Assembly (NCBI GenBank): GCA_038087875.1
Contig: CM075994.1
Span: 248,001-312,000, forward strand
Length of the DNA: 64,000 nucleotides
Source of the DNA: Malacoraja senta
Taxonomy: Eukaryota
Direction of reading: 5' to 3'
The position numbers and the translations under genes are program-made. Shown here one piece after another: positions 49,411 to 61,225 of the stretch. The notes beneath the pieces were generated by a model, which saw only the letters and a program-made list of their open reading frames with translations, searched no databases and had not been told where the DNA came from. Each line of letters begins with the position of its first letter. Position 1 is the stretch's first letter.

Positions 49411-50815
49411 ATGGGCCTCGGTGTGGGAAAGTGAGCAAACCCTATATTTGCATTTCACCCTACACTTGTGAACTTAGCATCGACACTGGGCGGCACGGTG
49501 GAGGTTATTGGTTTCAAAGCACTTTAAAAAATTGAACTATCTTTTCAAACTGTTTTAATCTTTTAAAAAACAGGGTCTTTTTAAGCCTTAACTTGTTTGT
49601 TTATTTTGCATATGTTGTGTCAAAGCCATTAAAATGACCTGCGCTGTTATAAAAGCTCTTTGAGTATATTTGAATATATGCAAATATTTGCAGGGTTTTT
49701 CTGGGTGTGGAGGAATATCTCAGATGACTCTCAGTCTGAAGTAGGGTCTTGACCCAAAACACCGCCTATTCCTTTTCGCCAGAGATGCTGCCTGTTCCGC
49801 TGAGTTACTCCAGCATTTTGTCTATCTTCCATGTAAACAAAAGACAGCTGTGGTATCATTTTACTGACATTAGTTTTATGAAAATACCTCATCCTAGGCA
49901 GGCTCTCTTGTTAGAAACCTGGAGAATTCTCTGGTCAGAGCCTGATTATGAGAGACTGCTACTTCACAGAAAGACATTGAGTTATATTGAAGGTTATTAG
50001 GGGTGGAAACACAACTGACAAACTAAAACATGATGATCATCTGATTTCCCATTGTGTGCCTTCTTGTTACTTGCTTGCATTCTGTTTTGTTCCATGGCTG
50101 TACAATCTCACTTTAATCAGCATTGAAAATGCTGTATCAGCATCAAAAATTATTGGCTTACCCCTACCATCCCTTGAATCACTTTATCACAAACGGTCAC
50201 TGCACAGAGCCCGCAAGATCATCTCTGATCCTACCCACCCTGCACACTATGCCTTTCAGCTACTGCCCTCTGGGAGGCGTTACAGGTCAATTGCCTCCAA
50301 AACAAGCCGCCTCAAAAACAGTTTCATTCCCACTGCAATTAACATTTTAAACTCTGTACGGTGAGGAATAAGAATAAGCATGGCACTTATGTATTATGTA
50401 ATGTGTCTGTCTGTATGTACATCTATGTTATAAGTTTAATGTTGATGAAATGTTGGAACCTGTACCGAGCTGTACTGATAACAAATTCCACCAGCCTGGC
50501 TGTGTGGTCATTAAAATATACAATACAATACAATACAATCTTAATTTTCAAGTTCAGTCAAAATGGTCTTTATTAATGTAGGTCTTGTGATACCGATACA
50601 CCATTGTTTCTTTTTAGCATTTTGTGAGTCAACCAGTTAACATAACAAAGCAATTTATTAGTAAAATATATATAGATAGGCAGTGCTTTTATACCCTGTG
50701 TGCTATTCACATGAAGCAGCTTCATCCACCACAATATAGTAAGTATATGGAGAGACTGGTAGGTAATGGGGCAGAATTCCTAAAGAAACATGCATTCCAA
50801 TATTACATAAGCCAA

Positions 50816-51120
50816 GGGCGGCACGGTGGTGCAGCAGTAGAGTTGCTGCCTCACAGCACCAGAGACCTGAGTTCGATCCTGACTACGGGTGCTGTCTGTG
50901 CGGAGTTTGTACGTTCACCCCATGATCTGCGTGGCTTTTCTCTGAGATCTTCAGTTTCCTCCCACACTCCAAAGATGTACAGGTTTGTAGGTTAATTGGC
51001 TTGGTATAAATGTAAATGATCCCTAGTGTGTGTAGGATAGCATTAGCGTGCAGTGATCGCTGCACGGCACGGACACGGTGGGCCGAAGGGCCCTTTTCCA
51101 CACTGTATCTCTAAACTAAA
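50816..51120 (+). mobile_element. Full-length V-SINE (HE1-like)
   Basis: A-box TGGTGCAGCAG, B-box AGTTCGATCC, V-domain, (CTAAA)n tail. Confidence 0.9.
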
Positions 51121-51985
51121 CAATATATTACATTTTACTCAGCGATTAAGAAACTACTAGTAGAGATACGCATTTCATGCAGCTTGTTCCAAGGAATAGT
51201 CAAGTCAAGTCAAGTCAAGTGAGTTTATTGTCATGTGTCCCTGATAGGACAATGAAATTCTTGCTTTGCTTCAGCACAACAGAACATAGTAGGCATTGAC
51301 TACAAGGCATTCTATAAATATATACACACATGAATCAATATACTGATAAAGTGCAAATAACAGTATTGGCTAATAAAGTTCAGTGTTATGTCCGAGCCAG
51401 GTTTAATAGCCTGATGGCTGTGGGGAAGTAGCTATTCCTGAACCTCGTCGTTGCAGTCTTCAGGCTCCTGTACCTTCTACCTGAAGGTAGTAGGGAGATG
51501 AGTGTGTGGCCAGGATGGTGTGGGTCCTTGATGATACTGCCAGCCTTTTTGAGGCAGCGACTGTGATAGATCCCCTCGACGGAAGGGAGGTCAGAGCCGA
51601 TGATGGACTGGGCAGTGTTTACTACTTTTTGTAGTCTTTTCCTCTCCAGGGCGCTCAAGCTCGGAGCCGAGCGGTACCAGGCCGGGCCGGTGTGTGTGTG
51701 TGAGAGAGACAGACTAGCCAGCCGAGAGCAAGCCCGGGCTTGCCGGGCGCTACCAGGCCGGGCCGGTGCGACAACCGCGGCGGGAGAGAGAGGGAGAGAG
51801 AGAGAGAGAGAGAGAGGCGACCCGAGAGCCCGGGAACAGGCAACAGGCAACAGGCAACAGGCAACAGGCGGCGGGCCGGGCCGTGCGGTGGCGGCGGCGG
51901 CAGCAGTTTATGGAGAGAAATGACGTGAACAGTCAAATGGGAGACTGTCAGAATTAAGTGTTAAGAGTTAAGAATTAAGCAGGAG

Positions 51986-52063
51986 ATGGCGGCGGCCGAG
52001 CACGAGCGCATCCTGCAGGAGATCGAGAGCACAGAGTCGGCTTGCATCGGGCCCACGCTCCGT
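51986..52063 (+). pseudogene. EXOC6B: Captured N-terminal coding fragment of exocyst complex component 6B/6 within the LINE leader
   Basis: Translates MAAAEHERILQEIESTESACIGPTLR, matching the vertebrate EXOC6B/EXOC6 N-terminal motif as I recall it (EHERILxEIESTDTACxGPTLR). A MER start lies upstream at 51910. Paralog assignment (6B versus 6) is tentative. Confidence 0.85.
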
Positions 52064-52162
52064 CTAAGGAGAGCGATTATCCGAAGCTGAAAGAAGTTGA
52101 AGGCTGAAGGCTGTGTCGTCGCTGCGGACAGACGGACGGACGGACGGAGCTGAGCAGTCAAA

Positions 52163-52808
52163 ATGCCACCAAAGAAGAACGAGGAAATTGAGGATATAAA
52201 GAAGGCGCTTGATTTTCTGTCTGAGGAGATGGCTACTGTCTCTAAGCAACAGAAAATGATAATTAATTTGATGAGTGAAATTAAAGAACTGAAAAAACAA
52301 AATGAGGAGAAGGATAAGAGGATCGCCAGCCTAAAATGCCATGTAACAGACCTGGAGCAGTACACCCGCATGAATGACATTATTGTCAGTGGACTGGAGA
52401 CCAGGCCCCGGTCCTACGCCAGGGCGGTAACAGCAATGGCCGATGGGGAGCCCACCGCTCCAGACATGGACTCCGTGGAGCAACAGGTAACTGCTTTCTT
52501 TCATAGCAAAGGCATATCCATATCCAACACAGACATTGAAGCATGTCATCCTTTACCTCGAAAAAACCAAAGTGTCAAACCAGCCATAATAATTCTTTTT
52601 ACGAACAGAAAACACAAAAATGCATTGCTCAGACAAGGGAAAAAGCTCATGGGATCTGATGTTTATGTGAATGAGCACCTTACAAAAAAAATGCAGATAT
52701 CGTCAGAAGCGCACGCATCCTAAGGTGTTCATAAAGCTAAACGGATCAGCAGAGGAGGCTAAAGTGCTGACCATAAGATACATCGAGGAGCTGGACAAGT
52801 ACCAGTGA
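52163..52808 (+). CDS. LINE ORF1 (coiled coil plus RRM-like), frameshifted near the C-terminus
   Basis: DLEQYTRMNDIIVSGL..DIEACHPL..VYVNEHLT. A-run slip near 52690, then KVFIKLNG..EELDKYQ* in a shifted frame. Confidence 0.85.
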
Positions 52809-52861
52809 CTCCAGAACAGTGACTGTGTCTATCAGTGGGATTGACTTGAACTATTACGATC

Positions 52862-55800
52862 ATGGACTCTTGTGAAGAGTTTGACTGTTTAAACTTGATA
52901 ACAGCTGGAAATGAAAGGGACAATGATGACTGTGATGGTTGGAACTTTAAATCATTTAAATTCACTGATCATAATATGCATGATTTTGAACAAGATATTG
53001 ACCCTGAAAATAATTTTCTTAACAATATAAACAATAACTGCTGTTATTACTCTGAAGATCAATTCAACATGAACATAAAATCAGATCATGGAATGTCAAT
53101 AATTCATTTCAATAGCAGAGGTTTATATGCAAATTTTCACAACATCAAGGATTACTTAAGTCATCTAAACAAACCATTCAATGTGATAGCCATATCTGAG
53201 ACCTGGCTTAGTACTGAAAAGGGTGTGGATTTTGAGTTAAATGGATATGAACTGAATTACATAAATAGGAAAAATAAAAAAGGAGGAGGGGTGGCTTTGT
53301 ATGTAGATAAAAGATTAAATTATAAAATAGTGGAAAATATGACAACTAATATTGATGATGTGATGAAGATTATTACTGTAGTAATCTACCTGAAAAAAAA
53401 GAAAAATGTACTTGTAAGTTGTGTATACAGAGCACCTGGTTCCAATATTGAAATATTTAAGAATAGTATGGAAAGATTGTTTGCCAAGAAAGATCACAGA
53501 GTTGTGTTCATTTGTGGGGATTTTAATTTAGATCTCTTAAATCCCAACAAGCACAGACAGACTGATGAATTTATCGATGTATTGTTCAGTATGAGTTTTT
53601 TTCCACTTATCACCAAACCAAGTAGAATAACATCTCACTGTGCAACTCTAATAGACAACATATTTACAAACAGTATGGACAACAACATAAAGAGTGGGTT
53701 ACTATTAAATGACATCAGTGACCATCTACCGGTTTTTGTAATGTTTGTTTGTGATTCTGTTAAGTGTAAGGATGTTAATAAGATTAGATACAGGAGAGTA
53801 AGAACAGAAGAATCTATAAATAAATTTAGAAATGTATCACTGACCCAAAATTGGAAACATGTGTTTAAAGAGGCTGATACCAACAAAGCGTATGAAACAT
53901 TCCTGATAATATTTAAATCATTATATGATGAACACTGTCCTTTGAAACTACACAACAAGAAGCAAAAATATATAGATAGGCCATAGATGACAAAAGGACT
54001 ACAAAATGCATGCAAAAAAAAGAATATCTTGTATAAAGAATTCATAAAATTCAGAACTATAGAAGCAGAAATTAAATACAAAAGATATAAAAACAAATTG
54101 ACTAGTATTATGAGGACATGTAAGAAAGATTATTATAATAAAATATTAAACGATAATAAAAATAATATCAAGGGCATATGGAATGTGTTAAATAATATTA
54201 TCAGGAATGGATCAATGAATATAAACTACCCTCAGTATTTTGAAGACAATGATACAACAGTAAGCGATATGAATGATGTGGTTAATGGGTTTAACAAATT
54301 TTTTGTAAGTGTGGGACCAAAACTGGCAGAAGAAATCGATAATCCACAGTCAGAAGAAGGAGAGGGGAAGGTTGTGGATTTGTTAAACAGCAACCCAAAC
54401 TCAATGTTTTTGAAAGCAGCTGATGAAAAGGAGATTATTTACATTGTTAGTAATTGTAAGAATAAAAGGTCTACAGACTGGAATGACATTGATATGGCTT
54501 TAATCAAGGTAGTCATTGGTGTAATTGTAAAACCCTTAACTTATATTTGCAATTTATCTTTCAAAACTGGTGTATTTCCATGTAAAATGAAAACTGCCAA
54601 AGTCATCCCACTATACCAAGCTGGAGACAGAAATCAATTTACAAATTACAGGCCGGTGTCGTTACTCTCTCAGTTCTCAAAAATATTAGAAAAACTGTAT
54701 GTAAGTAGATTAGATAACTTTATCGAGAAGCACGAATTGCTAGTTGATAGTCAATATGGATTCAGGTCAAACAGATCGACATCCATGGCATTAATGGAGT
54801 TAATTGAAGACATTACCAGTTCTATAGATAACAAGAAATATGCAGTGGGTGTATTTATAGATTTGAAAAAAGCATTCGATACGATTGATCATCATTTGCT
54901 AATCAAAAAACAGGAAAAGTATGGAATCAGAGGGGTTGTACTAGAGTGGATGAGAAGCTACATAAGTAAAAGACATCAGTTTGTGCAAATAGGGGACTGC
55001 AAATCAGCATGCTTAGAAATAACTTGTGGAGTCCCACAGGGGTCGGTTTTGGGCCCCAAATTATTTATTTTGTATATTAATGATATATGTAGGGTGTCAA
55101 ACCTCTTGAAATTTGTGTTATTTGCAGATGACACTAATATTTTCTGTGATGGGGACAATTTGCAGCAGCTTTTGGAGGTGGTCACAGCAGAAATGAGTAA
55201 ACTAAAAACATGGTTTGATTTGAATAAATTATCATTAAATTTAAACAAAACCAAACTTATGCTGTTTGGAAAATGCAAAATAAATACACAAGTAAAAGTA
55301 ATGATAAATAATGTTGAAATAGAAAGAGTGTATGAAAATAAATTTCTGGGTGTGATTCTTGATCACAAAATCTGCTGGAAACCCCATATAAAACATGTGA
55401 GAGCAAAAGTAGCACGGAGTATTGGAGTGATGGGGAAAGCAAGGCATGTTTTGAATGAGAGAGCACTGTATATTCTGTACAGCTCACTTGTGTTACCGTA
55501 TTTAAATTACTGTGTGGAAGTATGGGGCAACACCTACAAAACCACCGTACAATCACTAAGCACACTACAAAAAAGAGCTATTCGTATAGTAAACAATGTA
55601 GGATATCATGAACACACCAATATACTGTATTTAAAATTACACACCTTAAAGATTAAGGATCTGGTAGAATTTAAGACTACACAAATAATTTATAAAGCAA
55701 AAAATAAACTGCTACCTGTAAACATACAAAAACTGTTCAGAGACAGAGAGGGGGGTTATAACTTTAGAGGGAAACTAAACTTGAAACAGCATTATGCTCG

Positions 55801-55972
55801 GACCAATTTAAAAAGTATGTGTATTTCCATTTGTGGGGTGGTTTTGTGGAATGGTCTTGACAAAACGATTAAACAAAGTATGAATATAATGCAATTTAAA
55901 AAAATGTACAAAAGATATATCTTTGAAAAGTACAGTAATGAGGAAGGAGAATGTAAATCTCACAGATGTTAA
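52862..55972 (+). CDS. LINE ORF2 (AP endonuclease plus reverse transcriptase) with a single nonsense codon
   Basis: ISETWL, GGGVALY, GDFN, SDHLPV, then [23 protein letters not shown] at 53984-53986 where PW is expected. Confidence 0.95.
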
Positions 55973-57014
55973 TGGTGCTTGTTCTTTTTGTTCTTTTCTT
56001 TTTTTGTTCTTTTTTTCTTAATTGCTTGATTGGAGTAGTTTTATTTGAATTGTCTGTTTAGTTTATTTTATTGAATTTTGCATTTGTTAATGGTGAAGAA
56101 TGGGGGTAGGACTTGACAAGCATAGGCTTCTTCCTATCCCTTTTCGAACGAGTCTAATGTGTATTATGTTGAAATTGCCTTTTGATTTTTTAATTTATGT
56201 ATGTACATATATGTTATGTATATGTGCATGTGTGTATATGTGTATATGTATGTATGTATATATGTACATGTATATGTATGTATGTGTGTATGTATTTATG
56301 TATATATATATGTATATATATAATTTTCCTTTATTTATTATTCATTTTCATCTTTTCTTTTCTTCTTTTTTTTAATCGTTTGAAAAAAACACAAAAAAAC
56401 AACAACAACAAAAAAAGAAAGTTGCCGAACCAAGCCACGATGCAACCGGTCAGCATTCTCTCTACTGTGCACCTGTAGAGAGAGTCCTCCTTGACAAAAT
56501 AGTTTACATTGATAACATTTGCTTTGTCTGTCTGAATAGTTAGCAGGGCTATTTTGCTTTTATTGCATTTACAGTATTTGCATCTGACGAATAGCAGGAC
56601 CAAGCATATTTCTCACTCCAGTGATGTCAAGCAGCTGAGCTAATAATTGTTTTTTTCTTCCCCCAAGTGTGATTTTCCAGTTGTTGCAGGGTGTGGGATG
56701 CAGAGCAAGATGTAGTCACAAATCCATACAAAGGCGTGGGTTTTCTCCGAGTGCTCCTGTTTCCTCCCACACTACAAAGGAAGAAGGGTTTCGGCCTGAA
56801 ACGTTGCCTATTTCCTTCGCTCCATAGATGCTGCTGCACCCGCTGAGTTTCTCCAGCATTTTTGTGTACCAAAGGATATATATAACCTGTTTCCGCCCTG
56901 TATCTCTAAACTAAACTAAACTAAACTAAAGCTCATGACATCAGTCCGGGCTCACCCTCCAGTAATTGGCCCTGAGTTGGTTAATGGTTTATTTATTGTC
57001 TTTTGGACCAACCC

Positions 57015-57282
57015 CTTTTCCGGGGTTACGTCCGTGCATGGGTGGTACTGGAGAGGGACTACACGCAGTCTACGGGCACCCTGGGGAATTTTCGGGACTG
57101 TTGGGCACCGCAGTGGGTGGAATGCATCCTTGACATCGATTGCAATATAGTTGTGTAATACTCCGTATATTTGATATTTAAGAAGATCTGTTTTACTTAC
57201 ACGAAAGTGGTGGGTTTGTTTGAATTGTTTAGTATTGTAAATAATTCAATAAATCAAATTTTGGTTTAAATTAAAAAAAAAA
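57015..57282 (+). mobile_element. Tx1-like LINE 3' end (second copy 58465-58730)
   Basis: The 58465 copy reads RGNVRARVVLERDYALSTGTL..DRW. The two copies are mutually homologous and A-tailed. Confidence 0.65.
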
Positions 57283-57899
57283 CAGAGCCAACCTTCTACG
57301 AATACCCTTAACGTACATAATGCCACTTAGAAAATAACATTTGGTATTATCTTTAAAAATGTCTGTGTCCTCAGACTGAGCTCAGACTGGCTCATAGAAA
57401 GTGGAAAAGTATGTTTTGGTACGCGAAAGAAGAAATGGCACTTACAATAAAATGAAGATACACACAAAAAGCTGGAGTAAGTCAGCGGGACATCTCTGGA
57501 GAGAGGGAATGGGTGACGTTTTAGGTCGAGACCCTTCTTCAGACTGGTTAGGGATAGGGGAAACGAGAGATACAGGCGATGGTGTAGAGATATAAAGATC
57601 AATAAATGAAATATATGCAAAAAAGTAACGATGATAAAGGAAACAGGCCATTGTTGGCTGTTTGATAGGAGAAAACGAGAAGCTGGTGCGACTTGGGTGG
57701 GGGAGGGATAGAGAGAGGGAATGCCGGGGCTACCTGAAGTAAGAGAAATCATGAAACTAGATCTAAAGGGTAACATCTGCCTCACTGTCACTGGGTGCGA
57801 TTGAAATGCATTTGCTAATCTGTATCTTCCTGAGGTGCCTGATCTATGATTATCGTTGGACCATCTGCAAAGGTTAAAGGCTCGATGGCCTGCAGGAAA

Positions 57900-58424
57900 G
57901 GTAATCACGGGCAGGCGGTTACTGGCTTTCGTTACCGGAAGCGGGGACCGTGCGGCTACCGCGGGAGCGCCACGCGGATTTGTCCCACGAGCATGTGGTA
58001 AGTTCAATCTTACCGGAAGCTGTTGTCGCGCGGATTCCGGGTGGTCACCGCACGGCCTGTCCCACGGGCCGACTGGAATGGATGTCGCGCGGCGGCGGCT
58101 GAAGATGTCATCGCGCAACGCAATGCGCTACGTGATGACGTCGAGACGGCTCGCGGCACACTGGCGGTGCTCGCGGTGCTCGTGGCACACTGGCGGTGCT
58201 GTGGCGGTGCTCGTGGCGCACTGGCGGCGGCTGTGCGGTAGGCCAACATTTTTGAACGGTGTCGACTTTTTGTGAGCACCGCGTGGTGTTGAGACCAACT
58301 ACATACGGTCCCGGCGGTGTACGTGGGACCGACCCCGCGGGCCATGCGCGGTCTCTGGTGGTCCACGAGCGTTCCTAACTTCCTGCTACACTGCCAGTAA
58401 CCGCATACCCGTGGGACAGGCCTT
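57900..58424. mobile_element. Harbinger-type MITE, left end degraded
   Basis: Right end GTGGGACAGGCCTTTAA. Inverted CACGGG..GCGGTTACTGGC at 57906 and 58394-58413. Confidence 0.6.
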
Positions 58425-59349
58425 TAAGGGACACCATGCACATCAAAGGGAGATTCTGTGCCACTTTGCCGGGGTAATGTCCGAGCCCGGGTGGTACTAG
58501 AGAGGGACTACGCACTGTCCACGGGCACTCTGTGGGATTTCTGGGACCGCTGGGGACCGCGGGGATGGAATGTATCCACAATAAGAATTGTATTATAGTT
58601 ATTTGATTAATTTAGTGCATAAGATAATTTGGTGATTTTGTATTATGGTGGTGGGTGGATGTGTTACCACGGTTTTAGTTTGTAAATATTATTTTGTATC
58701 GTAACAGAATACATTATTTTTGATTTAAAAAAGTGAGATTCTGTATAAAGTATCCTATGTATACAATGTCCTAGATTGCTCCGAGTGGTCACTGCATTTG
58801 ACACTCTTAAATCCACAACATGCTGGAGTAAATCAGCGGGAGAGGCAGCATCCCTTGCGAGAAGGAATGGGTGGCGTTTTGGGTCGACACCCTTCTGTAG
58901 CTTTCCCCTCACTCTGCAGCGTTCAGCCCTTGGTACAAATTGCCTTTGGTATAAATGTAAATTGTCCCTAGTGTGTGGCGCATATTAGTGTGCGGGGATC
59001 GTTGGTCAGGACCAGTTTCCGCGTTGTATGATCTAAACTAAACTAAACTAAACTGAAGTTTGCAACTATGTATTTCTCATGGCCTTACACCTGATTCTAT
59101 CTTTAGCCTGAGTCCAACACTCTGGCTATCAGGGAACCCCCTCGTCTGAGGTCATCTTTTGCCGGCCATGTTTACTCCGATCCTTCACTCTTCCAGCTTT
59201 CAGTCCTGCTCCCACCTCTGAAATGTCACCAACCCATTTCCTCCTGAGATGCTCCCTGACCCGCTGAGTAACTCCAGCATTTTGTGTATATCTCTGGTAT
59301 ACAGGGGAATGCAGGCCATTGAGTTCAGTATACATTGATGTATACATTT

Positions 59350-59643
59350 GGGCAGCACAGTGGCATAGCGGTAGAGTTGCTTCCATAATGCGGCAGAGAC
59401 CCGGGTTCGATCCTGACTATGGGTGCTGTCTGTATGGAGTTTGCAGTTCTCCCCGTGACCTGCGTGGGTTTATAGCAGGTGCTCCGGTTATCTCCCACAC
59501 GCAAAAGACATGCAGGTCTGTAGGTTTATTGGCTATGGTAAAAAAGTAAAATTGCCTGCAGAATATTGTTAGCGTATGCGGTAATCGCTGGTCGACTCGG
59601 TAGGCTAAAGGGCCAATATACGCACTGTATCTCTAAAGTCTAA
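59350..59643 (+). mobile_element. V-SINE (HE1-like)
   Basis: Head with GGTTCGATCC and V-domain. Confidence 0.85.
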
Positions 59644-60017
59644 CCATCATCACCATTGTTCTGGTGTCCATCTTACCCTTAAATATCCAACGTTCCCATT
59701 TCTAAGGAATATCTACCCCTTTAAGAATTTGTTCCAGTGAAAAAGCAATGTTTATGCTATCTCTGCTGCCTGCACAGCAGTGTTTACTGTAAATATATCG
59801 TGCTCTGTGTATATAAATTATTATATATAAATATGTGCCGTTGCCAAACCTGCCTAGGTTCCACTGAAGAAGGATCTCGCCCTGAATCGTCACCCATTCC
59901 TTCTCTCCAGAGATGCTGCCTGTCCCGCTGAGTTACTCCAGCTAATGTGTCGATCTTAGGTTCCACTCTTCTCCCTCCCAGATCATGAACATCAATGAAC
60001 AGTAAAGAATCAATTAT

Positions 60018-60323
60018 GGGCGGCATGGTGGCGCAGCAATAGAGCTACTGCCTTGCAGCGCCAGAGACCAGGATTCAATCCCGACTACGGGTGCTGTCTG
60101 TAAATTCTTCCCGTTACCTGCGTGGGTTTTCTCCGAGAACTTCAGTTTCCTCCTACACTCCAGAGACGTGCAGGTTTGTAAGCTAATTTGCTTGGTATAA
60201 AATGTAAAATGGATAGAAATTGTGTGTAGGGTGGCGTTAATGTGTGGGAATCGCTGGTCGGTGTGGACTCGGTGGGCCGAAGGGCCTGCTTCCATGCTGA
60301 ATCTCGAAACTAAACTATACTAA
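60018..60323 (+). mobile_element. V-SINE (HE1-like)
   Basis: Head, V-domain, tail. Confidence 0.85.
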
Positions 60324-60684
60324 GCTGATCTTGGGGCAATCCACGACTTGCATCTTTTCAGCCTGAGAAAGACCAGTTTCTTCTGTTTTTATAACCCGTC
60401 ATCAAGCCATGCTAACGCACTTTCCCAGATACCGTGACTTCTTATCTTGTGCAGGAAGGAACTGCAGATGCTGGTTCACAGCGAAGATAGACACAAAAGG
60501 GTGGAGTAACTCTACGGGACAGACAGCATCTCTGGATAGAAGGAATGGGTGACGTTTTGGGGCAAGACCCTTATTCGGATCTTGATCCATCTTGTTCACC
60601 AGGCTTGTCACATCCCTTCAGAAAATGGTCCATCTTCTCTCGGGATCCCCTGTTTCCAGTTGGAATAACTTTCCGCGGAGTTTA

Positions 60685-61225
60685 GGTATTCAAAGAGGAA
60701 AACATTAGTTAAGACCAAAGTTGGATCCGTGAAGACTGAAAAGAGTGAATTTATTATGGGGAACAAGAAAATGGCAGATGAGTTGAACAGGTACTTCGGA
60801 TCTGTCTTCACTAAGGAGGACACAAACAATCTTCCTGATGTTCAAGTGGGCAGAGGATCTGGGGTGACGGAGGAACTGAAGGAAATTCATATTAGGCAGG
60901 AAATGGTGTTGGGTAGACTGATGGGATTGAAGGCTGATAAGTTTAGGGGTAACATTAGGGGGAACTTCTTTACTCAGAGAGTGGTAGCTGTGTGGAATGA
61001 GCTTCCAGTGGAAGTGGTGGAGGCTGGTTCGATTTTATCCTTTAAAAATAGATTGGATGGGTATATGGACGTGAAAGGAATGGAGGGTTATGGTCTGAGT
61101 GCAGGTAGATGGGACTAGGGAGAAGTATTTATTAAAAAAAAATAAAAAAAATTAAAAAATTGTTCGGCACGGACTTGAAGGGCCGAGATGGCCTGTTTCC
61201 GTGCTGTAATGGTTATATGGTTATA
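60685..61225 (+). mobile_element. CR1 fragments joined across a large internal gap
   Basis: ..GRLMGLKADK joined directly to FRGNIRGNFFTQRVV. Confidence 0.75.

Larger units (their letters stand above)
51660..56418 (+). mobile_element. Full-length L2-group (Crack/Daphne-like) LINE
   Basis: GC-rich leader, ORF1, APE-RT ORF2, 3' stem-loop GGGGTAGGA..TCCTATCCC (56103-56140), A-rich tail, AAG at both junctions. Confidence 0.9.
51199..56500 (-). mobile_element. Rex1/Babar 3' fragment (51199-51659 and 56419-56500) split by a LINE insertion
   Basis: YRCTVERMLTGCIVAWFGN joins LSALERKRLQKVVNTAQSII across the insertion. Confidence 0.9.

Noticed and set aside
50816..50890. tRNA genes at SINE heads
   Set aside because: They continue into the V-domain and LINE-like tail, and no complete cloverleaf is evident.
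51910..52090. The true EXOC6B locus
   Set aside because: It lies within a LINE insertion, has no clear donor or downstream exons, and the MER start is out of frame with an intervening stop.
57327..58366. Long GC-rich ORFs
   Set aside because: They span Penelope and Harbinger repeats and have no domain.
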